From: Chloroflexota bacterium
GTDB taxonomy: Bacteria; Chloroflexota; Chloroflexia; QHBQ01
Direction: 5' to 3'
Length of the DNA stretch: 64,000 nt
Assembly (NCBI GenBank): GCA_025355955.1
Contig: JANXYP010000193.1
Span: 3,597-67,596, forward strand
The translations under genes and the position numbers were made by a program. Positions within the stretch are counted from its first letter, which is position 1, and the number at the start of each line of letters is the position of its first letter. The notes beneath the pieces were generated by a model that saw only the letters and a program-made list of their open reading frames with translations, was not told the DNA's origin and ran no database searches. This document shows, one piece after another, positions 17,738 to 27,000 of the stretch.

Positions 17738-19384
17738 ATGCAGCGTATCATCAAACTCAGTCGTTGGCTGGCCCTGTTCGGCCTGGTCGCGCTCGTGGTT
17801 GGCTTCAACGGTCACGCCTCCGCCGATGCCAACAGCCGTTACTTCCCGGAGACCGGCCATACCGTAACCCAGCCGTTCCTCACCTACTGGAACACGCATG
17901 GCAGCCTCGCGCAGCAGGGCTACCCCATCACCGACGATTACATGGAGGTCAACGACGCAGACGGCCATACCTACCGCACCCAGTATTTCCAGCGCAGCCG
18001 CTTCGAGTACCACCCCGAACAGGCCAACCCTGCCTACCAGGTACTACTCGGCCTGCTCGGCACCGAGGCATTTACTGCCAAATACCCCGGCGGGCTACCG
18101 GCTGGCACTCAAACCCAGGTAGTGCCGGGCGATGGCAGCCAGACCTTCCCTGAAACCGGCCACACCGTCACTGGCCTGTTCCTTGATTACTGGAACAATC
18201 ATGGCGGCCTCGCGCAGCAAGGCTACCCTATCACTGAAGCCTACTTCGAGACCAACGATGCTGACGGCAACCAGTACGTCACCCAGTATTTCCAGCGGGC
18301 GCGTTTCGAGTATCACCCGGAGCAGAGCGACCCCCAGTATAAGGTGTTGCTCGGCCTGGTGGGTACCGAGATCTACTTGCTCAAGCATCACGGTGGCGGC
18401 GGCCTTACGCCAACTGCGACCCCGGCCCCTGGCAATCCCACGCCAACCGCAACCCCGATCTCCATCCCCGCGCCAGTACAGGCTTCGCCCGCCGATGGCA
18501 CCGTGCTGACCAATTTCCCGCGCAGCTTCACTGTCGCCTGGAACCCGATCAGCGGCGTGCCTGGGGCGATTAGCTACAACGTGCAGATCGAAATCAACAC
18601 TGGTACCTGGGTGAACTATCACACCCAGACCGGCATTGCAGGCACCAGCTACTACTCCCCTGACTTCACGGGCGACAATCAGGGGCGCTGGCGGGTGTGG
18701 GCCACCACCAGCCAGGGTGATGGGCCAAAGAGCGGTTGGTGGCACTTCAGCTTCAACACCGCACCTGTCCATACCGCCGCCCAGTATAGCGGCACCTGGC
18801 TTAACGACGATAGCAACACTGGCAACGTAACCAAGCTGACCATCAGTAACGCTGGCAACAGCATCACCGTACATGGCTACGGCTCGTGCCACCCCACCGA
18901 CTGCGACTGGGGAACGCGCACCGGCACCTACAGCGGCGATCCGTTTGTTATCCTGTTCGATTTCGGCGGCGGCCTCACTCACCAACTGACCATGAGCCTG
19001 GATAGCTCTAACCAGCACCTTGCGGTCATTGACCTCGGCTCGTCGAGCGGCACCCTCAATCTGACCTTCCACCGCGAAACTGCCGCTGACTTCGACGGCA
19101 CCTGGCTCAACGACGACACGCACACTGGTGGCATCACCAAGCTGATCCTCAGCCATTCGGGGAACGACATCACCGTACACGGTTACGGCGCTTGTTCGCC
19201 CACCGACTGTGACTGGGGAACGCGCACCGGCACCTTCAGCAGCGAACCGTTCGCCATCCTGTTCGACTTTGGTGGCGGCCTCACCCACACACCTAGCATC
19301 ACCGTCGGGCTGGCAGGTCGTCAACTGGTAGTGGTGGACACTGGCTCATCCAGCGGTGTGCATACCTACTACTTCCACAAGTAG
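17738..19384 (+). CDS. Secreted multi-repeat protein (2x ~65-aa 'YW..HGG…GYPIT' repeats, FN3-like module, 2x ~100-aa Cys-pair modules)
   Basis: ATG at 17738 follows AAAGGAAAGAAAGGAA. Signal peptide …GHASA. Internal duplications are obvious in the translation. The N-terminal repeats are paralogous to 27282-28070. Confidence 0.8.
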   Translation: MQRIIKLSRWLALFGLVALVVGFNGHASADANSRYFPETGHTVTQPFLTYWNTHGSLAQQGYPITDDYMEVNDADGHTYRTQYFQRSRFEYHPEQANPAYQVLLGLLGTEAFTAKYPGGLPAGTQTQVVPGDGSQTFPETGHTVTGLFLDYWNNHGGLAQQGYPITEAYFETNDADGNQYVTQYFQRARFEYHPEQSDPQYKVLLGLVGTEIYLLKHHGGGGLTPTATPAPGNPTPTATPISIPAPVQASPADGTVLTNFPRSFTVAWNPISGVPGAISYNVQIEINTGTWVNYHTQTGIAGTSYYSPDFTGDNQGRWRVWATTSQGDGPKSGWWHFSFNTAPVHTAAQYSGTWLNDDSNTGNVTKLTISNAGNSITVHGYGSCHPTDCDWGTRTGTYSGDPFVILFDFGGGLTHQLTMSLDSSNQHLAVIDLGSSSGTLNLTFHRETAADFDGTWLNDDTHTGGITKLILSHSGNDITVHGYGACSPTDCDWGTRTGTFSSEPFAILFDFGGGLTHTPSITVGLAGRQLVVVDTGSSSGVHTYYFHK

Positions 19385-19408
19385 CGGCGGCAATACGCAA
19401 CACAACAA

Positions 19409-19439
19409 GGGCGGCTCACCTGAGCCGCCCCTGCTTTTG
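19409..19439 (+). terminator. Probable intrinsic terminator
   Basis: GGGCGGCTCA-cc-TGAGCCGCCC followed by ctgCTTTTGT, 25 nt after the stop at 19384. Confidence 0.65.
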
Positions 19440-19452
19440 TCTGGTGAGTCTG

Positions 19453-19591
19453 ATACCAATTAGCCGAGGAGATGGTGCATTTCTGTAGGGGCAAACCGTT
19501 GTTCGCCCTGGCTCAATTTATACCAATTGGCCGAGGAGATGGTACATTTCTGTAGGGGCGAGCCGTTGTTCGCCCTGGCCCAATTTATACC
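19453..19591. repeat. Two tandem 67-bp copies of a REP-containing element (ATACCAATTAGCCGAGGAG…GTAG-GGGCRAnCCGTTGTTCGCCC…)
   Basis: Units 19453-19519 and 19520-19586 differ at a few positions. Related single copies are at 28305-28395, 61568-61670 and 10075-10140. Confidence 0.85.
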
Positions 19592-19622
19592 AGCGCCAAA
19601 CGTAATTGTTATGAGCCAGTCA

Positions 19623-20801
19623 CTATTTGGCAAAGAAAAATGTCAACGCATCAGCCAGGTCATCGCGCCACAAGGCCCAGCTATGCCCATAGTGGCGTTC
19701 GCTGTATTGCAGTGGGTAGCGGTACTGCACAAGCACGTCGCGCAGTTCGCGCACCGGCGTAAGCATATTCTTGCAGTTGCCCTGCGCGTCGAGGCCGTAG
19801 CACGTCTCATACGTGCCGATCGTCAAATGCAGCATCAGCGGCAACTGCGGGGTGTCTGCGTATGTCGCACGCGTATCCCAGTCGCCATCCATTGCCTGCG
19901 CCACGCTCGATTGCGCCCCAACCTTCCCGAACACATCGGGCCGCTTTGCCGCGATGTATAGCGAGATTAGCCCGCCCATGCTTGGCCCCATAATTGCGCG
20001 CTGCGTCGGGTGGTCGAAGACAGTGAAGTTGGCTTGCACATCGGCCACCAATTCGGCGCTAAAGAAGCGCAGGTAATCGTCATTGCAATCATACTCCGCC
20101 CACCTATCCAGCGGAGGCACGAACACTGCCACCAGCGGCGAAATTGTACGGTCAGCAATCAGGTTGTCGAGTATAGTGGAGGCCGCACCGAAGTTGAGGT
20201 AGTCGCCACCGTCGTGGAAGTAAATGGCTGGGTATGAGCCATCTACGGAGTCATCGTAGCCAGGTGGAATATAGACGGTGTAAGGTCGCCGCTGATGCAG
20301 CGCCTTACTGCCCAACTCGCGCTCTACCAACCTGCCTTGCGCCTGATCTGACCGCCGCTCGGTAATCGCGGGGCGGCAATACTCCGGCATCTCCAAAGCG
20401 CTGCGGTCGCCCAGCCCCGACATCCCCAGGCGAGGGTTGAGCGGGTCGCGGCTCATCGATACATCCGCTTTCTGCATCGCAGCGGCATCGCTGAGGTCGG
20501 CATCCTGTGGCACACTGGCAAGCAGGTAATCGAGCCGCGCATCCACCGCAAACTGTTGCTGGTAGTGCAGCAGGCCGCCGCCAATTGGCTGCATCAGCCC
20601 TCGCCGCGCATCCCAGCCGTTCCACTCGCCGCCCACGCCTACGCTGCTCCCCGGCTCTGCCGCCGCGATGAAGTGCGCGGTGTTGCCCTCGACGATGGGC
20701 GTGCCACCATGCACCGCGACAAAGCGGGCTATGTAATCGGGGTCAGGCTCGTCGGTTTGCAATGCGGCAACAAATTGGGTGAAGCTGGTGGGGATGTCCA
20801 T
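19623..20801 (-). CDS. Alpha/beta hydrolase, putative esterase family (enterochelin-esterase-like) with an N-terminal beta domain
   Basis: YTVYIPPGYD…YPAIYFHDGGDY… and the nucleophile elbow GPSMGG. ATG at 20801 is preceded by GAGGAGA. The longer ORF would overlap the PIN gene. Confidence 0.8.
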   Translation of the reverse strand: MDIPTSFTQFVAALQTDEPDPDYIARFVAVHGGTPIVEGNTAHFIAAAEPGSSVGVGGEWNGWDARRGLMQPIGGGLLHYQQQFAVDARLDYLLASVPQDADLSDAAAMQKADVSMSRDPLNPRLGMSGLGDRSALEMPEYCRPAITERRSDQAQGRLVERELGSKALHQRRPYTVYIPPGYDDSVDGSYPAIYFHDGGDYLNFGAASTILDNLIADRTISPLVAVFVPPLDRWAEYDCNDDYLRFFSAELVADVQANFTVFDHPTQRAIMGPSMGGLISLYIAAKRPDVFGKVGAQSSVAQAMDGDWDTRATYADTPQLPLMLHLTIGTYETCYGLDAQGNCKNMLTPVRELRDVLVQYRYPLQYSERHYGHSWALWRDDLADALTFFFAK

Positions 20802-20823
20802 ATCTCTCCTCACTCTTGACAAT

Positions 20824-21258
20824 TTATGGGCATGGGTAGGGACTAATATTCGCCAGTCCAAGGATGATGCCAAAATCCTTATCGCAACTGCAAAGAACAG
20901 CATGATGACGGAGGGCGCACTCAGCAATTAGCGCGTCAGCGAAGCCCAATTTGCTCTTGCCATATAGGCTAGTAACCCTGGCTAGCGCATTTGTGTAATC
21001 CTGCGGCATGGGATAATCTATCTGATAGTTACTGAGCAGGTATGCAACGATGGGGAGGTCGCGCTTACGCACAGGTGGGTTGCCGCCCTGGGGTTTGGAA
21101 TACAGCAATTCGTTGATTACGATGCTGGAGATTATGAGGGGCTGATGGGTTAGCGAGTTGAACCAGTTTACGGCGGGCTGGTATCGAAAGAAGAATACGT
21201 GAAGCACAATGTTTGTATCCAGCACGATTGCGCTGGATACTTGCCCTTGTACAATCAC
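20824..21258 (-). CDS. vapC: PIN-domain ribonuclease toxin (VapC-like)
   Basis: Conserved acidic positions in PIN order (VLDTN, INEL, ADALIA, CDKDF). The GTG start overlaps the upstream stop by 4 nt (GTGA). Confidence 0.8.
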   Translation of the reverse strand: MIVQGQVSSAIVLDTNIVLHVFFFRYQPAVNWFNSLTHQPLIISSIVINELLYSKPQGGNPPVRKRDLPIVAYLLSNYQIDYPMPQDYTNALARVTSLYGKSKLGFADALIAECALRHHAVLCSCDKDFGIILGLANISPYPCP

Positions 21259-21680
21259 TCCTCGCTGCCTCCCCAGGTGGATTCACGCAAGGTGTGGGGT
21301 AGCGTTGCGGGATCGCCGAGATCATCGCGGTCGTCGCCCAGGCTGAAGAAGCCAATGTCTCTTAGCGCCTGGGCGGTAACAGGCTTCAGTTGATTGACAG
21401 AGACAGGCCCACGTTGCACAACGTTGATCTGCTGCAACCTCACTTGCCCTATTTTTTGACGGGTACCATTGGCCGGGGTTGCCTCCGCCTCGCCAAAGGC
21501 TTCTACCCTGTCGCCAAGCGCATCTTTGACTGCGGGCTTCAGCAATTCAGGATATGTGCAAGTCATGGTGTTGGCACCATCAGTGATGCGGCAAGTGTTG
21601 TCGCGGAAGTCGGCGAGTTCGAGTGTGCCGCACACAGTTATCTTCACTAGTTCAGCCTTATTCAGATTAGATGTAGCCAT
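21255..21680 (-). CDS. Putative cognate antitoxin of unusual size and type (141 aa, no recognisable VapB-type DNA-binding fold)
   Basis: It is translationally coupled to the PIN gene, has an acidic C-terminal tail (FFSLGDDRDDLGDPATL), and shows no family recognisable by eye. Confidence 0.6.
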   Translation of the reverse strand: MATSNLNKAELVKITVCGTLELADFRDNTCRITDGANTMTCTYPELLKPAVKDALGDRVEAFGEAEATPANGTRQKIGQVRLQQINVVQRGPVSVNQLKPVTAQALRDIGFFSLGDDRDDLGDPATLPHTLRESTWGGSEE

Positions 21681-21780
21681 AGCTAATGCTCTTTCCTAGC
21701 AAACCAAGCAGCGCGAGATAAGCATGAAGCTGCTGCTATACGTATTATAGCATACTATACCGGTGGCTAACAAGGGTGCG

Positions 21781-21888
21781 CGTGGGTGGGGAGTGGCTAA
21801 AGCAAGAGAGGCGACTCATTAGGGGCGTGTGGCGCACGCCCTGATCCGCTGTCTGTGCATCTACCCTTTTAGCCACTCCTCGTGGGTG
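21781..21888. mobile_element. MITE-like element (92 bp) with 8-bp direct flanking repeats CGTGGGTG
   Basis: CGTGGGTG|GGGAGTGGCTAAAG…(REP-like core AGGGGCGTGTGGCGCACGCCCT)…CTTTTAGCCACTCCT|CGTGGGTG. Confidence 0.7.
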
Positions 21889-21975
21889 TGCATCACATTC
21901 TTGCAAGACAAGCGTTCAGTTCGCCCTGGTTAGGGATGCAAGAGCGTGACGCGCACCAAGCACTGGCAAAAATCC

Positions 21976-22004
21976 TTGACAGCATCAGCTAGATAAGGTA
22001 TAAT
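21976..22004 (+). promoter_or_regulatory. Consensus sigma70-type promoter for tRNA-Lys
   Basis: TTGACA (21976-21981), 17 nt spacer, TATAAT (21999-22004). The predicted start is ~2-5 nt before the tRNA 5' end. Confidence 0.7.
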
Positions 22005-22013
22005 ATTCCCTGC

Positions 22014-22089
<76 letters not shown>

Positions 22090-22118
22090 TTTGCTGAGTT
22101 GAAAGTGAAAAGTTGAAA

Positions 22119-22149
22119 GTGGAGAGGCATCGGCCCCTCCACTTTTTTT
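22119..22149 (+). terminator. Probable intrinsic terminator after tRNA-Lys
   Basis: GTGGAGAGG-catcgg-CCCCTCCAC followed by TTTTTTT. Confidence 0.6.
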
Positions 22150-22286
22150 GTTTTGCCCACTGGCTGGGCAGAGCCTGTCTTCACCAAAGTTGTGATACAC
22201 CGTACTCCCCCCTCCTTGCCTCCCCCTTTGGGGATGGATACGCTGAACTTTGTTTTCACTCAGCATTCAGCACTCAGCACTAAAAA

Positions 22287-23864
22287 TCAGGCCATCCGAT
22301 TGCCACAGTTGGTGCAGAAGCGCTTGTTGGCGGCGTTGAGCGTGGCGCAGCGGGGGCAGCGCACCTGGGAGGCAATGGCAGACACTGGCCCCTGGGTGGT
22401 CATCGGTTGGGCGGCCCCGGCGAGGCGATTGCCACAGTTGGTGCAGAACTTGCGGTCGGCGCGATTGGGCGTGCCACAGTGGGGGCAGGCTTGCTGGCCG
22501 AACGGCGGTTGCGCGGGGGGCAGGGGTTGAGAGAGAGGCTGGCGCAGGTTCGCGCCACAGTTGGCGCATAGCTCACGGTCTACTCCATTCAGCATCTGGC
22601 AACGCCAGCAGGCAATCTGCGACGGCGCGGGCGGCGGGAAGGGCGGGTTGTAGTTTGGCGGCGAGGTGTTTGGTGGCAGGTTGAACACCGGCGGGCTCGA
22701 TTGCACTGGCTGGCTGGGCGGGATGTAGACCGGCGGGTTTGATTGCACCGGCTGGCTCGACAATATTGGCGGCGGATTCGATTGCACTGGCGGCTCGGAC
22801 ATAGATAGTGGGCTGGATTGCTCCGACACGATGGTTGCGGTGGAAGGCTGCTGGGTAGGCGGCAGCTGGTGGAGCGGGGTGGCGGGGTGGGGCAGACCAC
22901 TGGCTACGCCGCCTTGCGTCATACTCTCGCGCATCGCCTTCAGGTCATCCATATAAGTGCTGGGGCTGAACTGGTGTTGACACTGATAGCTGAGGTAGGA
23001 TAGCTTGGTGTCGTTGCCCTCGTTCAATACAAAGGTTTGTTCGGTGTTACATTTAGGGCAATTATAGTAGATGAGCAGCGGGTGCAGGTTCAGCGCGGGG
23101 CTGTACTCCTGGTCGGCGGCGTTTATATACAACTGCTCAGGGATGGCCTCGTCGTTAGCCATGATGTAAGGCTCACGTACCTGCGAGGGGTAGTTGCCGG
23201 TTAGATCGGTAACATAGTGTTCGTACTGGCGGGTGCGCCCGCCTGCCCGCTGCACCGAGTTGACCCAAACCAGGCGGTAGTGAGAGAGGAAGGCCATATG
23301 GTCGAGCATTTCTTCCATTGCTGGGCTGAGTACATTTACCACCTTCTCGCGCTCATAGCCACTCAGTTTTGCACCGTGCGAGGTGCCATTACGGTATTGC
23401 AGCAGCAGTTCGAGGAACTCGCGAGTGGTAACCACCTGCACCTGCTTGCTGTCGCCCCGATTCATCTGCGAGAAAACTATGCTCTTTAGCTCATTGTAAC
23501 CCTTCAGCATCGCCGATCCCTCGCGGTACTTCTCGTTGAGGGCGGTGGATAGTTCACTCATCACCAGTGGCTTTTTCTGCTTGCCGTAATAGTTGATGAT
23601 ATCGCGCATCCAGCCCACCCAGTTGCCGAGGCTAGGCCGCTCCAGCGCTTGCAGGCTATCGGTAATAGTCTGATCGCCACCGCCCTCGCTAGCGTACTGA
23701 CTCATCACGATTACGGCCAGATACTTGACCAGTACCTCGTACAGATCCATCATATAATCGTGAATCTGCGTTTCGTCGCGGGTCTGCTTGTAGGCGCGGT
23801 AATAGGAGCGGGCAATGGGGTATGGATACTCGCCCAGGATCTTTGCATCAATTTTCGGCGGCAT
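22287..23864 (-). CDS. Uncharacterised protein: all-alpha N-terminal domain with an RNxxxH (HEPN-like) motif, Zn knuckle, P/Q-rich linker, three C-terminal zinc ribbons
   Basis: R158-N-G-T-S-H163 (nt 23376-23393), CPKC…CQH, SQPVQSNPP-type repeats, and 3x CxxC-x10-CxxC (CWRC…CANC, CPHC…CTNC, CPRC…CTNC). Confidence 0.8.
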   Translation of the reverse strand: MPPKIDAKILGEYPYPIARSYYRAYKQTRDETQIHDYMMDLYEVLVKYLAVIVMSQYASEGGGDQTITDSLQALERPSLGNWVGWMRDIINYYGKQKKPLVMSELSTALNEKYREGSAMLKGYNELKSIVFSQMNRGDSKQVQVVTTREFLELLLQYRNGTSHGAKLSGYEREKVVNVLSPAMEEMLDHMAFLSHYRLVWVNSVQRAGGRTRQYEHYVTDLTGNYPSQVREPYIMANDEAIPEQLYINAADQEYSPALNLHPLLIYYNCPKCNTEQTFVLNEGNDTKLSYLSYQCQHQFSPSTYMDDLKAMRESMTQGGVASGLPHPATPLHQLPPTQQPSTATIVSEQSSPLSMSEPPVQSNPPPILSSQPVQSNPPVYIPPSQPVQSSPPVFNLPPNTSPPNYNPPFPPPAPSQIACWRCQMLNGVDRELCANCGANLRQPLSQPLPPAQPPFGQQACPHCGTPNRADRKFCTNCGNRLAGAAQPMTTQGPVSAIASQVRCPRCATLNAANKRFCTNCGNRMA

Positions 23865-23879
23865 GGTTCTTTCCTTTGG

Positions 23880-23983
23880 CTATCGGCCACTGGGCGAACA
23901 ACGGTTCGCCCCTACATTTCGATTGTGGTAACTATCGGCCACTGGGCGAACAACGGTTCGCCCCTACATTTCGATGGTGGTGG
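23880..23983. repeat. Two tandem 52-bp REP-containing units
   Basis: CTATCGGCCACTGGGCGAACAACGGTTCGCCCCTACATTTCGAT(T)GGTGGT repeated at 23880 and 23932. They fill the spacer between the two genes of the STAND/HEPN-like pair. Confidence 0.85.
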
Positions 23984-24001
23984 TGCCTGCGCCACCCGCC
24001 C

Positions 24002-27000
24002 CTAGCGGGTGATCTCCTGCTTCACCAGTTGGGCGAGCGCAACATTGTCCAACTGTTTAGCCCGCTCGACGGTCCAGTTGGCCCACCTGTTAGCGGTGTC
24101 GGGTTCGGTCATATCGCGGGCGAGGCGGGTTAGCTCCAGGCCAGTGATGGCGATCTCGTAGGCATCGCCGCCCGGCCAGAGCGTCTTCAGGTTGTCAATA
24201 AGCATCTGGTTGGCGGTGGCCCAGTTTTGCTGCAAGCGGGCGAGCTGGCCGCCGATAATGACGATGGCCGCGCTGGTGTCGGGGATGTCAGCCAGCTTAT
24301 CCTGCGCTTCGGCGAGCGCCGCCTTGCCCTGCCCTATATCGCCAGCATCAGCGTGCAATCGCGCCGCGGTGAGGGCGGCGAAGCCCTGGCTGTGGCGGGC
24401 GGCGGCCTTGTCGCTCAGGCGGGTGGCAGCCTCACGGCTGGCGGCGAGGCTGGCCCAGGCGGCCTCGTGATCGCCTTTCAGCCGCTGCAGGTCGGCAATC
24501 TGGTTGGTGAGCTTGCTGACCAGGCTGGCGGCGGGCTGCTCGTCGGCGTTGACCAGGTCGAGGTCGCGCTGCAGGTATTCAAGCGCCTCATCCAGCTTCC
24601 ACATCCGTGCATACAACCCGCCCAGGCCGCCATAGGCCGCGCCCAGCCCGTAGCTGTCGCCCAGCCCCTCCAGTTCGGGAATGAGTTTCTGGAAGGTTTC
24701 CGCCGAGGCCACCGCCTGTCCCAGATTCTGGTAGGCGTAGGCAAGGGTGTTGCCGATGCTGGCAGCGAGGTAGCGGTCCTTGAGTTGGGTTCGCGCCTCC
24801 TGCTCCGCCTCGGTGAGATACTTGATCGCCTCGGCTTTGCACTGGAAGCTGAGGCACTGGCCCAGGTAGTGCTTGCCCTGCACCGCTGAGGCGCGGTCGC
24901 CCTGCCGCTCGGAGATGTCAAGTGCGGTACGCAGGTAGCGTTCAGCCTCGTCCAACTTACGCATCCGATTATACACCAGCCCCAGTTCGAGGTAAACGCG
25001 GTCGAGATCTTCAGCGGCTACCAATTGCGCGGTATCCAGGCCAGCGGCAACCGTCTCCTCGCTGATGCCGTGCGCGGCGTAGAGCGAGAGGCAGCCCTGC
25101 AACTCGGTAATTGCCGCCTCGAAGTTGCGCTGCTGACTGAGCATACTGCCGCGATAAACCCCCACTCGCACCCGACCGTCGAGGTCGCCCGCCGCGCTGT
25201 ATAGCTGTTCACACTCGTCGAAGCATGAGCTTGCTTTGCCGTAGTTGCCCAGCTTGAAGTAGAGCCAACCGAGGTGGCCGCGCAATTCGGCGCGTTGCAA
25301 TTCGGCCTTCTGCGCGGCGCTTTGCTCCGCGTACGCTGGCTGCTCGTCGCTAGCGGCCTGCTCCTCCGCCGTGCCGACATCGCTGAACGGTAGGGCGGAT
25401 TCGAGGTCGGCAATCGCTTCTTTGGTGTTGCCGAGGTACTCATAGGCGAGTGAGCGGGTGGTCAATACCTCGCGGCGGATGGCAAGGTTCTCGTCGGTGG
25501 CGGACAGATGGTCGAGGCAGGCTAGCGCTTTGGTATAGGAATCCACCGTTTCGGCATAGGCGGTTTCATTGAACAGCTTGGCAGCGGCGGTGAGGTAATA
25601 GCGCGAGGCAGGCTCGTACTGTGCGGCGGCGAAGAAGTGGCGGGCCAGGTCGGCGGCCACTGCGTCGACGTTGCCTTGCTGGTTCGCCAGTTGCTCCCAT
25701 GCGATTGCCACCTCCAGATGGTCGTTGCGAATCAGGCTGGAGGGCAGCTTGCGTAGCAGCGAGTTGTGAATATGGCTGGAGGTAAAGGTCAGCACCTGCT
25801 CGTCGTTGGCCTCAGCGGTGATAATCTGGTGACGTTCGGCTAGCTCGGCAAGCTGGCGCAGCACCCCCCGCCGACTGGCGCTCAAGCCCTGGTACTCGCG
25901 CAGGCGGTCGCTGGTGAGCAAATCGAGGGGGAAGCGTCGCCCCACCACCGCCGCGCACTCCAGCAAGCCGTACAGATCGGGGCTGAGGGTGTCGAGGTAC
26001 TTGGCGGTTAGCGCGCCGACCAGGGTTGCGCCGCGGGTGGTATCATCGGCGCTCTCGTCGCCGGTGGTAAACACCGCTGCCTCGCCACCTTGCACCAGAT
26101 ACTCGATGCTCTCGTGGATGATGCCAGGGACACCGGCGCTGAAGTTGGCGATCTGCTCCCGCGCCTGCTTGATATCCGCCTCGGCGACATGGTTGCGCGG
26201 GTCGTGGGCCAGCTCGTCAATCAGCGCCAGGGTGTCGTGGTGGGCGAGCGGTTCCAGCTTGACCATCTCGCCCCGCGTGCGGCTGATCAGGGTACGTAGC
26301 GCCGATGGCACATCGTTGAGGCTACCATCCCAGCCCAGCATTACCAGAATGGGAAAGGTGGGGGTAATCAGCGCATCAAGCAGCTTGAAGGTGGTTTCGC
26401 GGGCATACTGCACCTCGTCAATAATCAGCACGATCGGCTTCTTCTTGCCCTGCTCATACCAGCTACGCAACGTCTGGTGGATGGCAAGGAAGTTCTTGTT
26501 CACCGTAGTGCCGCTGCTGCCCTCCTCCCGCGCCCTCCGCTGCTCCTTGTTGAAGTTGTTGACGCGGCGCACCATGTCGCTCACCTCAAAGGCGATGCCG
26601 ATCGGGTTGGGGATAAGCGAGTTGAATATGTTAATTACGTCGGCAATATGCTTGCCCGCCTCAAGGCCGAACTCTTTGGTTGCCCCACCCACTGTGCTGC
26701 TACGCACGATCGCGCCACCCGCGCCGAAGGCAAGACCGAGGGCGCTGAACACCGGCTGATAGGGGTTGCTGTCCGCCGACTCGTCGGCCCGCCCGCTAAA
26801 GACCAGGAAACCATGCTTCTGCGCCTCGGCCTGGCAGTAGGCGAGCAGGTTGCTCTTGCCCATGCCCTCTTGACCGCCGAACAGCAGACAGTCGTTGCGC
26901 CCACCCTTTAGCCGCAGCAGGGCATTGTTGATCAAATCAAGCTCGTGGTCGCGGCCAACCAACTTGAGTAGGTGCGGCGCGGCTTTTTTGTTCTTATCAG

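Noticed and set aside
18095-19324. 409-aa minus-strand ORF
   Set aside because: It is antisense to the secreted repeat protein 17738-19384 and is a shadow frame without motifs.
18760-19384. Duplicated C-terminal modules as a possible diversity-generating retroelement target/template pair
   Set aside because: No reverse transcriptase is nearby. Differences between the copies are not adenine-specific, and both copies are in-frame parts of one protein.
25914-26759. 281-aa plus-strand ORF
   Set aside because: It is antisense to the STAND NTPase gene, is Ser/Arg/Ala-rich, and has no recognisable domain.
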